Assembly: GCA_000320545.1 (NCBI GenBank)
Contig: ADNK01000875.1
Location: 248,001 to 312,000 of the forward strand
Reading direction: 5' to 3'
Origin: Bigelowiella natans CCMP2755
Taxonomy: Eukaryota > Protista > Cercozoa
Length of the DNA stretch: 64,000 nt
A program made the position numbers and the translations under genes. Shown here piece by piece: positions 31,375 through 44,713 of the stretch; the stretch's first letter is position 1; every line of letters starts with the position of its first letter. The notes beneath the pieces were generated by a model that searched no databases, had not been told where the DNA came from, and saw nothing but the letters and a program-made list of their open reading frames with translations.

Positions 31375-32693
31375 ATGTCGAGGTTCTTTGGCGCACAGGA
31401 GACTCCATCCGCCTCTGAGGCCTCAGAAGACGAGAACGAACGCACTAATGTTGTAAGAACTCAATTGGCGGATATAGATTCAAGCAGTGATGATGAAGGT
31501 ATATCATCCGCGATAAAATCTAACCACAATAACGCCTCGGGAGTAAAATTAGTAGCGCACTGTGTATTCTCTTCACCTTGTGGCAGCTGAGATGTAAATT
31601 GCTTTCATTATGAGATTTTTACAAATTAGCTTTCATTAGGGATTTTTTAGAATTTAGCTTTCGTTATTCACAAGATAGAGAGGGTTATAGTTTATGGCTG
31701 CAGTCTCATACGAATGACGGTATACATTCCTGCAGACAAACGCGTCGTGCGAACAGAGAAAGACAAGCGCTATGAAGCTCTAAGGAAGAAAATTCAGTTA
31801 ATGCGCAATTTCATAACAAATAATAATTGGAACGACTGCGCGTATCACTACGAGGAGTGGAAAAAACTGCTAGAGAAGACGAAGAACGTCTTTAAGAAGG
31901 AAGGGGGGCGCCCCGACTTCGTTCTGATCGAATGGGCGTACCTGCAGAAGGTAGTATCTGAGAAGAAACAACTCCAAAAGGAGAAGAAGGGCGTCAAATT
32001 AAGTAAGACCGACTCCAAGAGTTTGAACAAACTCAATCAGCGCATAACCAAAGAGATCACTGGATATAAGGCTGAGATCGCAGCGCTTGAGAAAGCTGGT
32101 GGGTGCTACTTTTTCAGATCCCCTCCTTGACCCCTCTCCTATTCATTGTGATGATGATAAGTTGTGTTCATATTAAATACTCCACGTTTGCAAGTATCCT
32201 TGGAATTTCATTTGATTAATTCATTTTATAATTTTCCTATCTATCTTCACCTGACCACCCCCTTGCATTCTCTGAACTGTGTCACATAGGTCGGTTGGTT
32301 CTCCCCGTTACAGTTGCAGAGCAGAAGGATGATGATGGTGATGATGGTGATGATGGGGGTGTCGACGATGGGGTTGATGATGGGGATGCGGGCGATGATG
32401 GAGATGGGGAAGGAGGGGACGACATGGGTGACGATGATTGGGATGACGATTATGGCGACGGGGATGATGACGAAGACGATAGTGATTTGGATGTTGATGA
32501 GACACCTGGGGGTTTCACGAGGGCATTCTGGCTGAAGAAAACACCAACTGAAGGCGACACAGGTAAGAGAAAGAAGCAGCACATATTAATATAATTTGTT
32601 GCGTTGGGTGTAGGGGTAGGGGTAGATCTTACACCTCATCAAGGCAAATTACCCATACCTTCATCCTGGACCCCCCCCCCCCCCCGCCACACA

Positions 32694-32754
<61 letters not shown>

Positions 32755-35042
32755 GAATGAAGCAACACACTCAGAACATTCAGTATTGAACAGCATTAAC
32801 CCGCCGGCAGAAGGAGGAGTCCTTCCATACCATAGCCTTTTTGGCTGCCTACTGAAAAATGATCTCATTACCCATATATCCTCCTTGCTCCCCCCTAACT
32901 AATACTCCTAGGCAAAAAGAGAGACAGAAAACAGCGCGAGCCCAAGAAGAAGAAGGAAGATACCACATCGACAGCGGATGACGGGAAGAAACCCGAAGAG
33001 AAGAAGAGTACAGAGATGAGTACAGAGGCGGTCCTGAAGAAACTCCGCGACATTGAGGATACGCGTGGCCGTAGAGGGGTTGATAGAAAGGAGTACATTC
33101 AGGACTTAGAGCTGCTTCTCACAAAAGCACGCAAGCGAGCCACAAGAGTCAAGATCGAAACCCTCCTTACCACTGCGCTCTTTGATATGAACCTCAATAC
33201 TGGGACGGCGTTGAGCATAAATAGCTGGACGAGGTGTGCGAAGCTACTCAACGCCATAGTGGCCTGTCTCCTTGACCCCGAAATGAAGGTTCGTCTCATC
33301 GAGGACGACGACGACTTAGAGGAGAACTATGAGGAGCTGGAGCTCGAGGAAGAGGAGAAGGAAAAAAAATTAAAAGAGGGCAAAAAGGCGGATGCAAAGC
33401 CCGCAGCAGCAGCGGCACGGAGTGGCGACGAAATCATATACATCAAGGGTAACCTCCACTCGTACATACAAAGGCTGTCGGACCAGTTTCTAGCCAGCCT
33501 CCGAGAGATGCAGGAGCACGATGAGAAGTACGCAGAGCGCCTAGGGGACGAAAAGGGCCTCGTTGACCTCATCAAGAGCGGCACCAAGTACTACCAGAGC
33601 CTCAACAAGAAAGCGCTTGTCGATATGTGCCGGCTGCTCCACCTGACCCACACCTACTACATCTACAAGGCATCCAAAGACCACTTCGCCCAAAACATCG
33701 AGGAGGAGAAGGGCTACATGATGCAGATGAAGTCCATGTTCTCAGATCAGGCCGGCGACATCGTGTACGACCTGTGCCTGCAGCTCTACCAGGCGGAAGG
33801 CGCCCGTACGAAGACTGTCGCACGGCTCTGCCACGTGTACTACTACTGCATTCACAACCGCTTCCACGAGGCGCGTAACCTGCTGCTCATGTCACACCTC
33901 CAGGACGTCATCCACGACGCCGACATCCATTGTCGCATCCTGTACAACCGCACTCTGGCACAGCTTGGGCTCTGCGCCTTTCGGAACGGCCATTTCAGGT
34001 ATGCCATGGACTGCCTCTCCGAGCTGTTCAACCACCAGCTCCGCATCAAGGAGCTCCTGGCGCAGGGAGTCACCTCCAACCGCTATCACCACGACCGCAA
34101 CCTGGAGAAGGAACTCCGGGAGAAGATGCGCGTGTACCCGTATCACATGCACATGGCGCATGAGATGTTGGAGGCTGTCAACCTGATCAGTGGTATGCTT
34201 ATCGAGATTCCAAACCTCGCAAAGGGCAAGAGAAAGACCATTAGCCGCTCCTTCCGTATGAAGTACGATCCGTACAAGAAGCAAGAGGTTACTGCCCCCC
34301 CCGAGAGCACCAGGCAGATTATTCTTGCTGCCAGTGACATCCTGTCTAACGGCGACTGGGAGGGCTGCTTTAACCTTATCTGCCAGCTGCGAATGTGGGG
34401 CTACATGCCGCACGCGCAGCAAGTTAAATTGAACCTCAAGAAGCAAATTCAGCAAGTTGCGTTACAGATTTATCTGCTCGTTAACGCCTCGACTTACGTG
34501 TCCATAAATGCGGCCTTCCTCTGCGAGATGTTCAGTATGGCTGAGTCCGATGTTCACAGGATCGTGAGTCGAATGATGCTGAAGAATGAGCTGCTTGGAG
34601 CGTGGGACCAGCCTTCTGGTTGCATCATCATGCACAACGAGGAGCAATCACGACTGCAGCAAAAGATCTCCGCTATGGCAGACAAGGTGAATAATTTCTC
34701 CGTTAACTATCATTTATTAAGTTATACCAGTGCCTTTTTTATAAGCCTCTTATACTTTTGTGTGGATCATATCAATGTGCATTTGGAGCGTGTTGTTGAT
34801 TTGTTTTGGGTTGACTTGATTTGCAGGTCGCTCAGCATGTTGAGATGAATGAGACTAAGCTGGACATTCATCGCTATGGCTGGAACTACAACCGGAACCA
34901 AAATTATGGTAAGGATTCGAAGGGACAGCGCTCCCACCACCGTTATAACAAAGACAAATCTCGTGGCGGAAAGGATGACAGCAACTACCAAGACCGTCGA
35001 GGCGGTTATGGTAGATCGTCGAATTACAAGCGAAGATATTGA
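31375..35042 (+). CDS. EIF3C: Translation initiation factor eIF3 subunit C
   Basis: N-terminus MSRFF, KRVVRTEKDKRYE, RGRRGVDR, ARNLLLMSHLQD, ILYNRTLAQLGLCAFR, KELLAQG, PYHMH, and a PCI domain ending VSRMMLKNELLGAWDQP. Confidence 0.95.
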
Positions 35043-35599
35043 GTGCTGTCATATAACGTTTTGTTCGTTTAGTAACACACGTCTTGTTTATCCTACCGAA
35101 GTAGCAGTTAAGTAATGTGTGCCTTGTGCTGCTGGCTAGCCATGCAAGTGCATGCGGCTATCGTTGATGCACCGCAGACGTGTAGGGTTCCTATATTCCG
35201 ACGCATCGCACAGACTGTACACCGCGTGATGGCTACTGCTGATGAATTATAAAATCTTATGATGTGTATACTCCTATATAGCCATCACTGCTATAGCGAC
35301 TGCATCATGATAGACATTTTAAGTCTCTTGCGCATTAATTCTAGCGTTGTCTGTCATTCTACAATTCGTGTGTGCGTGCGCGTGTCATGGACATGAAGTC
35401 TCTCATTGCGTGTCTGTGTGTGTACGCTGTAGATACGATGCACAGCCCAGCTAGCCAGCACTAGAGCAAATAACAATATGATCTATAGATCGCCCTCTGA
35501 CCCCAGCACTAGCGCTCTAGAGCTAGCTAGCTAGTATCGTAGTAGCGGCGCGGCTACGTACAGGCATCGCATCGAGTGGGTATATGGGCGAACGTAGCT

Positions 35600-36062
35600 C
35601 AATAACACTGTTTTTGTGTGCGTGGTTGCTTTGACTCATAGTCACGAACGATGTTGTCACATGTATAGACATGCGCTGGCAATCTTGGATTATTCATGCT
35701 GTCCAGAGGGCAGCGCACAAAATCAGAGGCAACGTGCGCTGCGTGCAACACATTGCAAGACATGGACCACATTCTGCAGTGCAGCAAGTACGGCCCACAG
35801 AGACTCAGATTCAACAAACAACTGACGGCGATCATGGATCGCAATGACGAAACTGCGCGTCTCACACCCGCAGAAAAAACAAGTCGAGCTGCTGCGCGAG
35901 AAGCGCGCCATGCTAGACCTAATCATCGTGCATTTTCATGCATGCATCATGTGACCAAGGAAACCAACAGATACAACTTAAGCGCTGTAGCCGCTGCATT
36001 GCATAGCTACATTAGGATGACCATTGAAAAAATTTAAACATTTCATTACATCCGTCTCATAG
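35600..36062 (+). mobile_element. Non-LTR retrotransposon (LINE) 3' fragment, copy B
   Basis: CAAC...DMDHILQC knuckle and a TAA stop at 36035-36037. Aligns with copy A at 14610-15000 (opposite strand). Confidence 0.7.
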
Positions 36063-36286
36063 ACATGAGCTGTGCTGCCGCGCCATGCGCTACTACATGC
36101 GCGCTTTAAATAGCCAGCGCACACACATATCGCTAGCGCTAGTTTATGACAGTATCAGCACAGTGCGACACACACGCGCGCACATACAAAGATTGAGGAG
36201 AATAATGAATGAAATGATGAAATGCAATGACATTGTCACGTGTTCAAAAAATGCTATGCATGTATCACGGCAGCTGCAACATCTCC

Positions 36287-37420
36287 TCATCGTCCAGAAA
36301 TAATATCGTTTGCCATCTCGCGAACTTTTCGAGCCCTATCTGATTTTTCGTCCACAAATTTCTCTTCCTGGGTGTACTGTATGTCTTTATGGAGCCTTGG
36401 GTCCGGTCTAGAACCTACGACGTTTGTAGTGTGCCTAGTTTCGTCCTGTACAGCTGAGGCAGTTTCACCCATATCCATATCTTCGACGTTGCTCTTCTTG
36501 TAATCCCCGATTGCCACCTCCTTCTCCACGTGCTCGCCTTCGATGAGCAGCCTCTTGACCATGTTTGATGCCTGCATGAAGTCAGGAACGTCCACCTCTT
36601 TTTTAATTTCTTCGTCGTCATCTGCGTAGATGGGTACATTATCAATGTTACAAAGAAGTCAATCAGCGTTTTCCAAATACCTCTGCATGAGCTCTCCCCC
36701 CCCCCCCCCCCCCCCTCCTCTCTTTCACACACATACACATACACACAACATGTTTTTGGGTTTTAAATATTTCCCAAAATGTTAGACATTCGGTAGTGCG
36801 CACAGTTGTTCGTTCGGATGTATACCTGGAACGTCTGCTTTTTCTGCTTTAGTATCAACATTCTGTTGAGTGTTAGAAGTGGTTGCATTGGTAGTCTTCG
36901 AATTCTTCGCCTGCTCCTTCGCCATTGTCTTCGTCTCCTCCTTACCGCCGTCATCGTCGTCCCAAGATTCTTGCACTTGGTAAAGATCCGGATATCTATA
37001 TGTCATCATACAGAGGCCACAAAGAAATAATAGCACACAAAATTAGAAGAGTGATGATATGAAGTAAAGAGAGGACTAACTCTGGCAGCGGAAGCTTGGT
37101 GCTGAGATGACGTTGAAAGATGTTAAATGTGACAGGATCAGGCTGTGCAGCGCCGCTCTCCCATCCTGCCACTTCCTCCTCTTGCAAGCCACACTTCTCC
37201 GCAAGTTGCCTGTGATAATAATAATAATAGTCAGCAATGTTGTAACTAATTAAGGTTGAAAGTTAATATTTTGCGAATTCGCAACTATTCATGGAGGTTA
37301 GTGAGACTACTTCTGCGTCATTTTGAAGCTCATTCGACGCCTGTATGGGTAATATAACCAAATAAGTTGCATCGAACATACGGTTAGAAAGTCAAGCGCT
37401 GCTGCTGCTGCTGCTGCTGC

Positions 37421-37468
<48 letters not shown>

Positions 37469-38018
37469 CGTGTAGGTTTGTGTGAACGATGATTCGTTTT
37501 AATCATGCGGAGTTTAGCGGATGTAGCGAATGCAATTTACGATTTGATCGCTTCCCGAAGATCCTCATGAATATATCCTCCTTTCGCCCTGGCATGGTCA
37601 TATTATGTCATTCAACTGTACTAATCTAAAATATTTGCGATATACACGGCGAAAGTCGTTGTTTGCCACTCATAAAAACGGGGTTGGGGTACATACATAC
37701 CGTCGCAGCTGCCCCTCCACAAGAGCCTTCGCCATCTTGTTTTCAGCCTCTACCTGCGACATCTTCACCTGGAGTATATCGCAATAATCACACAATCGAA
37801 AATGTAACAGACAAAGAACAAAAAGTACGTACTCCGCCATCATCGTCCTCGTCATCATCCTCGTCATCGTAGGTGTCCTTTTCATAACATTCCCTCACGG
37901 GCTCCACATGCCGCCCTGCATACAAAAGTTCAATAGTAATCACGAAAGAGAGACAAAGACAGAGAAGGCTGCATTTTTTAATCTAACCCATGATCTTCGG
38001 GTAAAGATTCGGATTCAT
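36287..38018 (-). CDS. Acidic protein with a Cro/C1 (MBF1-like) helix-turn-helix, multi-exon
   Basis: Spliced segments LREAIK|RRMSFKMTQK|QLAEKCGLQEEEVAGWESGAAQPDP match the HTH_3 pattern (TQxxLA...V..WE.G...P). Flanking exons are D/E-rich. Start uncertain. Confidence 0.6.
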
Positions 38019-38523
38019 TATTGGGGGCAATCTGGTAATTAAAGAGGATTGATTAGGATGAGAACAAACAGAAACTCAGCTGCTGCGAGATGGTTCAGAA
38101 TTAGAGGATAACATGAATCTTTCGCTCTGCGGCTTATTCAAGTTCCCTACAGCTCCAAGAATAGGACCCTTGGACTCTGGTGAAAAGGTCGGATACCGTT
38201 CTGTGGGCAAACAAGCATCAGCAAAAACTACTGCTACACCCAACATTATTGAAAGGAGACGATACCGGTAGAGTGATAGTGGTGAGAATTTCGCTCATTT
38301 GGACCAACAATGGTCAAGACATAAGCCAAAAGAATTCCAATCAATATAAAAGACGGCCAACGCGCGTCTCTACTCCCTTCTTCCCTCAGCATAGTTGCTC
38401 AGCGTTGCTCGGACTCCATTACTCGGCTTGCGACTGAATTCTTGTCTCTTTTTGAGAATTGCAATTGCTGAAGGGCAATTTGGATCTGCGACAAAAAAGT
38501 CAAAAAATTGTGAAAAATATTTG

Positions 38524-38606
38524 CGATGCTGACAAGATTCGAACTTGCGCGGGACGAAACCCACTCCCTTAGCAGGGGAGCACCTTAACCACTCGGCCAC
38601 AGCATC
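38524..38606 (-). tRNA. tRNA-Ser(GCT)
   Basis: Folds into a cloverleaf: acceptor GATGCTG/CAGCATC, D arm GCCGAGTGGTTAAGGT, anticodon arm CTCCC-CTGCTAA-GGGAG, long variable arm, T loop TTCGAAT, discriminator G. Confidence 0.96.
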
Positions 38607-39274
38607 TGAATTCAACTGATTCGTGCTGATGCATGCTAAATAAAATAACCTGCAAAGTTTTCCCCGAAAAAACTCACTCAATTTTTGCAAAATCGTAGCT
38701 GATCGTGATAAAAGAAGCGATGATCCAGATCCCGAGAAGGATATTTGCAAAATCCTACGCCTTTTCTTACCATTTCGCAGAGCCGCCAGCTGGGACTTAT
38801 ATCTACATGGCAAAATGGCCTGCAATTTGTAAGAATTTCGGCGCTCACATAGCTGTCTTCATGAATCGTAATCGCTGGACGAACGAAATTCATCATCCAT
38901 TGAGACATTTCCGTCGCAGGCCGTCACAAGCTTTGTAGTAGTAGCGGACGCGGACCAGCCACAGCAGGCACAGGGAGAGGTAGAGGGGGGTGAACAACGA
39001 ACGAGTACAGGAGAGAAGACACTCGAGGAATATGACAACGTCCCACAACATAGTCGCATAATCAAGAAGAAAGTTGAATTTTCTCAACACAAGCGGACCA
39101 GTTCCTCCTCATCAACCTGCCCTATTTCAGTCCTTGTACTCCTTTTTACATTTAATTGCCTCTAGAAAGACTACCATTGCTGATCTTAACGAACAATAAG
39201 AGATTTGTAGTTAGCAAGGGAGAAAGAAGCACCCGTGTTTGAAAAGAAATCGAGGCTAAATTTCACTCAGCAGC

Positions 39275-41077
39275 ATGCATACAAATAGTATTATCTCGGA
39301 AAGTTGGCTCCGTCGATTTTCGACCGCCACAGGTTTGTCTATGGAGTCATTACGTCTAACCTTCGAGACACAGGACTTCAGAAGGTTGCGCGTTAAAGAC
39401 CTAAAGAGTATCATACGTGAGCTGAAACATATTGCTCCGCGGAAATTCAATCATATGAATATGGGGGGGCGGAAAGAGAATCTAGTTGCTAGCATACAGT
39501 CAGCTCTTTCGCAGATCATTATTCATTTAATAAACCATCCACCAATTCCTGTTCCGGCAGTTCCAGTACCTAAACCTTTCCTCGCACGCTTTCAGCCACC
39601 CAAGTTAAGTACTGAACAGCTGGCGAAGATCTACAAGACGTCCATAGCTTCACCCACCCGGAGCCCCTTTTTCGAGGTCCACACTGCGGCAGAGCCTTTG
39701 AAACTTCTTGAGTTCAACTTTGCCAATACGCCTACACTCGAGTTTATAGTGACGTTGAAGGACAAATACGTATACGAAACGGGAATCGACTCTGACGATC
39801 AACTACACCTGGTGATGATTGATCTAAAATCAAACATGATTCCTTTCAATCGTAACTTCACTATTCGAATCAACTCTATTGAAATTGAACCGGCGGAGCC
39901 CCCCCGTGCGAAAGGAACGAAGAAGAAGGGCCTCCTTGTCTACTCCCCTCTTAATGTTACGCCGTACGCAAATATAAGGCACACCTCAATTAGGATCATG
40001 TGCAAGAGTGATCTTTTTACTAAATCAATGCACGGAGTTCTAGCGCTAGAGGTGAGTAAAAAACTCACGACGGAGGAGGTTTTCGAGAAACATCTGAAGC
40101 ATTTGAAATCTTATGAAAAACCTTTGAATACGGGGTCGCCAACAACTACTGCGAATACGGGATCGCCAACAATCACTGCGAAAAAAGCTCCGTCAACATC
40201 ACTCACAAGTGCGCAGTCCCCACCCCTCATCATGGTACCGAAGAAGGAGTGCTACGTGTGTAGGGAAAGAAACGACCTGTTGAGATGCTCTCGATGTAAG
40301 AAAATATGGTACTGTGGGACTAAGCACCAGCGGGAGGATTGGAATCGGCATCGCGCTGAATGCTTTGATTCGGATGACTCAGCTGCGGCTGCGAAGGCGG
40401 CCAGTATATATGCAGAAAGGGCGGAACATTGTGCGAACCTTGCTGTTGCAGCTGCACAAGCGTGTGTTGCGCATCATGCTGCCAATTCAAATTCAAGGAT
40501 AGAAACTGGGAAAAAACGAAGTTACCCCGGTTCCGCATCATCAGTGACGGCATCGTCGTCAGATGATCTTCTAGAAACAGATATCGTCTTGTCTATTCGC
40601 TGTCCCCTGTCGATAGTAGGGAAAATAGAGAGAGCGGCGAAGGGAAGGCACTGCCTACACCCTCAATGCTTCGACCTCATGTCATTCATACTTATCAGCG
40701 AGCAATCGTCCGTCTGGCAGTGCCCCGTGTGTCTGAAGCCATTGCCAATGAGGGACATCATCGTGGATGAAGACATGACACGTGCAATACAAGGTTGCGA
40801 TGAGGAGGTGACGCAAATTCGCCGCAGTCCGGAAGGGAAATTTACACCCGTTGTACCGAAAAACCCATCGGAGAAGAAGAAGAAGAAGAAAAGGCGCAAA
40901 AAAGAGCGCGTGAGAGAACCTTTCGACCCATCGAGCCTGTTCGCTGATGTCAATGAAAGCGTACCACAAGTACGGACAAACCCCGTCCTCGGCAGTAACA
41001 ACAACTCTTTAGCCACTACCACGGGTACTTACTCAAATCTTGGGTCGTCAGCCGAGGATGCTATTGTTCTGGATTAA
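39275..41077 (+). CDS. SIZ/PIAS-type SUMO E3 ligase with inserted MYND zinc finger, intronless
   Basis: SAP-like RLRVKDLK...GRKENLV, a PINIT-like region, MYND (CYVC...RCSRCKKIWYCGTKHQREDWNRHRAEC), SP-RING (CPLS...KGRHCLHPQCFD...WQCPVC), and a SIM-like C-terminus (EDAIVLD). The true start may be the ATG at 39341. Confidence 0.88.
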   Translation: MHTNSIISESWLRRFSTATGLSMESLRLTFETQDFRRLRVKDLKSIIRELKHIAPRKFNHMNMGGRKENLVASIQSALSQIIIHLINHPPIPVPAVPVPKPFLARFQPPKLSTEQLAKIYKTSIASPTRSPFFEVHTAAEPLKLLEFNFANTPTLEFIVTLKDKYVYETGIDSDDQLHLVMIDLKSNMIPFNRNFTIRINSIEIEPAEPPRAKGTKKKGLLVYSPLNVTPYANIRHTSIRIMCKSDLFTKSMHGVLALEVSKKLTTEEVFEKHLKHLKSYEKPLNTGSPTTTANTGSPTITAKKAPSTSLTSAQSPPLIMVPKKECYVCRERNDLLRCSRCKKIWYCGTKHQREDWNRHRAECFDSDDSAAAAKAASIYAERAEHCANLAVAAAQACVAHHAANSNSRIETGKKRSYPGSASSVTASSSDDLLETDIVLSIRCPLSIVGKIERAAKGRHCLHPQCFDLMSFILISEQSSVWQCPVCLKPLPMRDIIVDEDMTRAIQGCDEEVTQIRRSPEGKFTPVVPKNPSEKKKKKKRRKKERVREPFDPSSLFADVNESVPQVRTNPVLGSNNNSLATTTGTYSNLGSSAEDAIVLD

Positions 41078-41169
41078 CAGTTAAAAAAAATAGACTCCGT
41101 CCCTCGATGGATGATAGGGAATTGACTACTTGTCAGCTCTACTGTCCTCCTCTGCAATGTACTTCATGA

Positions 41170-44100
41170 TCAAAGCATGATTTCAGGCCTAATAGCGCGC
41201 TTGCACATTCATGATGTGAGTCGTCTGTCTGGCGCTGGACAGCATGCGTTCATTCCCTCAAAAACCCGACAATCTAACAATGCACATTGTGGTCGCGACC
41301 CTCGATTACAGCTTCACACAGCATCTGGACACACGCGCAGCATGCGGCTAGCTAGCTAGCTAGCACTCTAGCACTCTAGCACTGCACTACTAGCTAGCTA
41401 GACTGGCATGACTGCCGCCGGCGGGGCTACATGACACACACCATGACGACTGTACTCATGTCTAGGCCGTGCGGCCAGCTCTGAAACTAGCTAGCTAGCC
41501 GGCACTGACACAACACATCCCATCAAAATCAAGAAAATGATGCCTCTGACACTGCTCTGACTAGCTGTGGCTACGGCCGCAGCTAGCGCGCAGGCCAACA
41601 TTCGCGTGCGCGTGGACTGCTGTGCTGCTCCAGAAGCTGGACTCTGTGACTCGGTGTTGCGCACGTGAAAATCAGATTGTTTCTCACTGCCTTGAGAGCT
41701 AGCTAGCTGCAGCATGTGAAGCCATCATGCATCAGTGTCGCGTTGACTGACAGCAGATGCTTCTAGGATTGCACAGTGCTAGAGTGGCACACAGCACACA
41801 CACGTTGCTAGGCACGTCGCTGGGTCGTCTGACATTGAAATGCAGAAACTGAATGCGACCGCCAGCATTGACACAGTTCCGCCTGGACAAGTGAGCAGGT
41901 CTCCCAAATGATGATGAGCCATGAGCCTTTTTCCGATTCTTCTCGAACCAGCGAAGTGCTTCTTGCTTGCTGAGAGAGCTCCAATCTCCTCCATCGTTTT
42001 TCTTCTTTGTTCCTTGCTCACACCAGTGTCGTCACCATCAGATGGAAGAGGAAAAGACGAACAAGTGTCAAGGCATGGATGAAGCAATTCCAACGGTGAC
42101 GCGCAGCCGAAAATGATCATCAGAAAGGCTCATGCACTGCTCGCTCATCCACTTCCTCCCATCTGAAAGTGGACAAATTTCGCTGCACTTGCCACCACAA
42201 ATGAATGAACAAATGAATGAATGAATGGATTCCATTGGAGCGGTTTGAAGGATCAGAATTGCACGTCTACTCATCCGTGCCCTCATCCCAGCTGAAGAAA
42301 CACCTCGCGGGGAGGAGGAGGAAAAAATGCCCATCTGTTTTCGGCGGTTTCATCATCAACGTCATTGCCAAGAACATCATCAACCTGGAGTTTGCGCGAC
42401 TTCAAGATGTGGCTGTCGCACTTGTTTGAACCATGCCGCCCCCTCCTCCTCCTCCTCCTCCTCCTCCTGTCAGTTTGGTCATCATTTCACATGTCGCAAC
42501 ATCAGAATGGATCCTTTTGCCGGTGCACTTGACCGGGTGCCCTCTGAGACCTGTCTAGCTGTCTGTCGTTTCATTCTTTGACGCTCCGGACTCTGCCAAA
42601 ACCAAAGTTTTGCTAGGGGCCCCCTCGGATGATCCAAACGTAGATCGTCGTGTGGACATGGCCTTCAGGAAGTTTTTGCTCAGAGTGGAGGTCTTGCGCC
42701 GTCAGCATTTTGCCGCACAGCCGCTGGTGTCATTGCAACACAATGACCACATCATGCCAATTTGAAAAACCAGCTGGTTGATTTGCTAGTCACAGTCCTC
42801 ACTGAAGCCAGTTCGAGGCACTGCATTTCGAACACTGCAAGTGTCTTGCAACACTTTGGAAACGTAGTTCGTCATCATTGTTCATCATTGTTCATTGTTC
42901 ATCATTGTTCATCCCGCCTTCTCGAAATGGGGTGCAGTCCATGCTTTGTTTTTGGACTGACTTTGCGCAAAACACGTGAATTGGTCAAAAAAGAGCATCA
43001 AAGTGCGCAGTGGATCACACGTCAGGGATCCGCACGGACGTCACGTTCGATTTGCAGGGCTTCCTGCACATGCCTGCGTCCACGTGCGATGATTTTCCCT
43101 TGCAGCAGCGTGCAATGCAACTGCGACAATGGATCCATCATTGCGCAACATCGAATTCCAGAAACACCCAGAGAAAGTTCAACGCTGAGACACGTGCATG
43201 CATCGCGATGCGTCGTCGGCATGGGCATGCACGCACGCTGCATGCAGCACGTGAGATCACGCAGCTGTGCAGCATCAACTGCTTCGATGACTGTGAACTT
43301 CTAGACTTGTCGATGTCGCTGAATTGAATGATTGCGAGCAATGAAGCAGACGTCCATGCACGTCGTGTGCACACATTTGGTGGTGAATTTCACACAGTGC
43401 CAGATTGGCGGTGCGTAGCTGTGGCAAATTTGAAATTGCACCGCTGACATGCACGTGCGCACACAAAATGAGCTCAAAACCAAGCCTCTGCTGACAGTGA
43501 CATGCAAGCCATGCACTCGATCATGAATGCGAATGATGTCCCACACATCCACGTCGTGCGTGTGGTCCGCCACCGCCCGTACCATCATGGATCAGACACC
43601 AAGTTGCGACTTTGTGTCTTGCATCATGGGGATGCAAGTTGTTGCATGGTTCATCGATCTCGCAGACAGCAAAGTTGTGGTGTCACTAGTTGGAATTGCG
43701 AATTGCCGCTTTCCAGTCGTCATTTCATTGTTCACATGCGGTGTGTCACATTTCTTCTACACTCGCAAACATGCCTGGAGAGGCACCATCCATGTGAGTT
43801 GCATGCTCACATTCGGTGAGCAAGAAGTCTTTTGTTTCGTCCATTGAATCCTCGTCAGCTACTAGCTCTGCAACGATTGTTTGGGAATCCAACACGCATT
43901 TTTTCCCTGGTGAATCTTGCATCACGCCGAGGATGTTTCCTGCAACAGGGGCTGTGACGGTTGTGGATCCTGTCACGGTGTTCCACACGGTGTGGTAGAG
44001 TTCTGGAAGAAACATCACAACAACAGCAGCGGTGACAGCAGCAGAACATCCTCTCATGAAAAACGCTTGTCTGACTTCGGTCAGATGAAAAAAACAGAGG

Positions 44101-44713
44101 AGGCGATGTGCGATCAACCAACATCAACCGACAAGTCATTAGTCATGGGGCGTGACCATCAGCAGAAGCAATTTGATGTCCTTCCCACTCAATGCGAAAT
44201 GGTTGGTCGCCTCTTCCAATTGGGGCTTCTTGGTTCCATAGCGGAACCACACGCGATCAGCAGACAAGATGCATTGGAGTTCAGATGTGCTAAAAACATT
44301 GTTCACGAATGCGAACTGTGCATGTCGTCGTTGGAAAATGGACTCCATCACTGCATGCCTTTGGTGGTTACGCATGCGTCAAACTGATCGTGCTCTTGCT
44401 GACGACATTGCGAATTCCGTTGCGGCAGTTCAGAGTGTGATGGAGTGAACAACACCCCCACATGTCAGATGAGCACTGATTGATTGTGCAAGACCTAGTC
44501 TACGACTCAACGTTTCTTGGAGATCTTGTTGATTGAGGACACGGATGAGTCAGCTTGTCCCATGATCCTTTCAGCCGCTTCAAGTGTTGTGCGTAGCTAG
44601 CGTTGCTTGGATGCAAGTAGCTGCGGTCAAATGACTCGGGTAGTTTTGTCATTTTGCTAGTTTGGTCAAATTCAAACACATGCATCAAGTGCAGGACCTT
44701 CGATCCGAGTGAA
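41170..44713. mobile_element. Degenerate TpA-depleted repeat region (left part; interrupted by the Copia)
   Basis: Hundreds of bases at a stretch have no TA dinucleotide except in CTAG/CTAC/GTAG. The same composition resumes at 51814-52880 beyond the Copia target-site duplication. Family not identifiable. Confidence 0.5.

Noticed and set aside
41779-44387. Numerous overlapping His/Cys/Met-rich ORFs on both strands
   Set aside because: An artefact of TpA depletion, which removes TAA/TAG stops and converts Tyr codons to His/Cys. No coherent domain is present.
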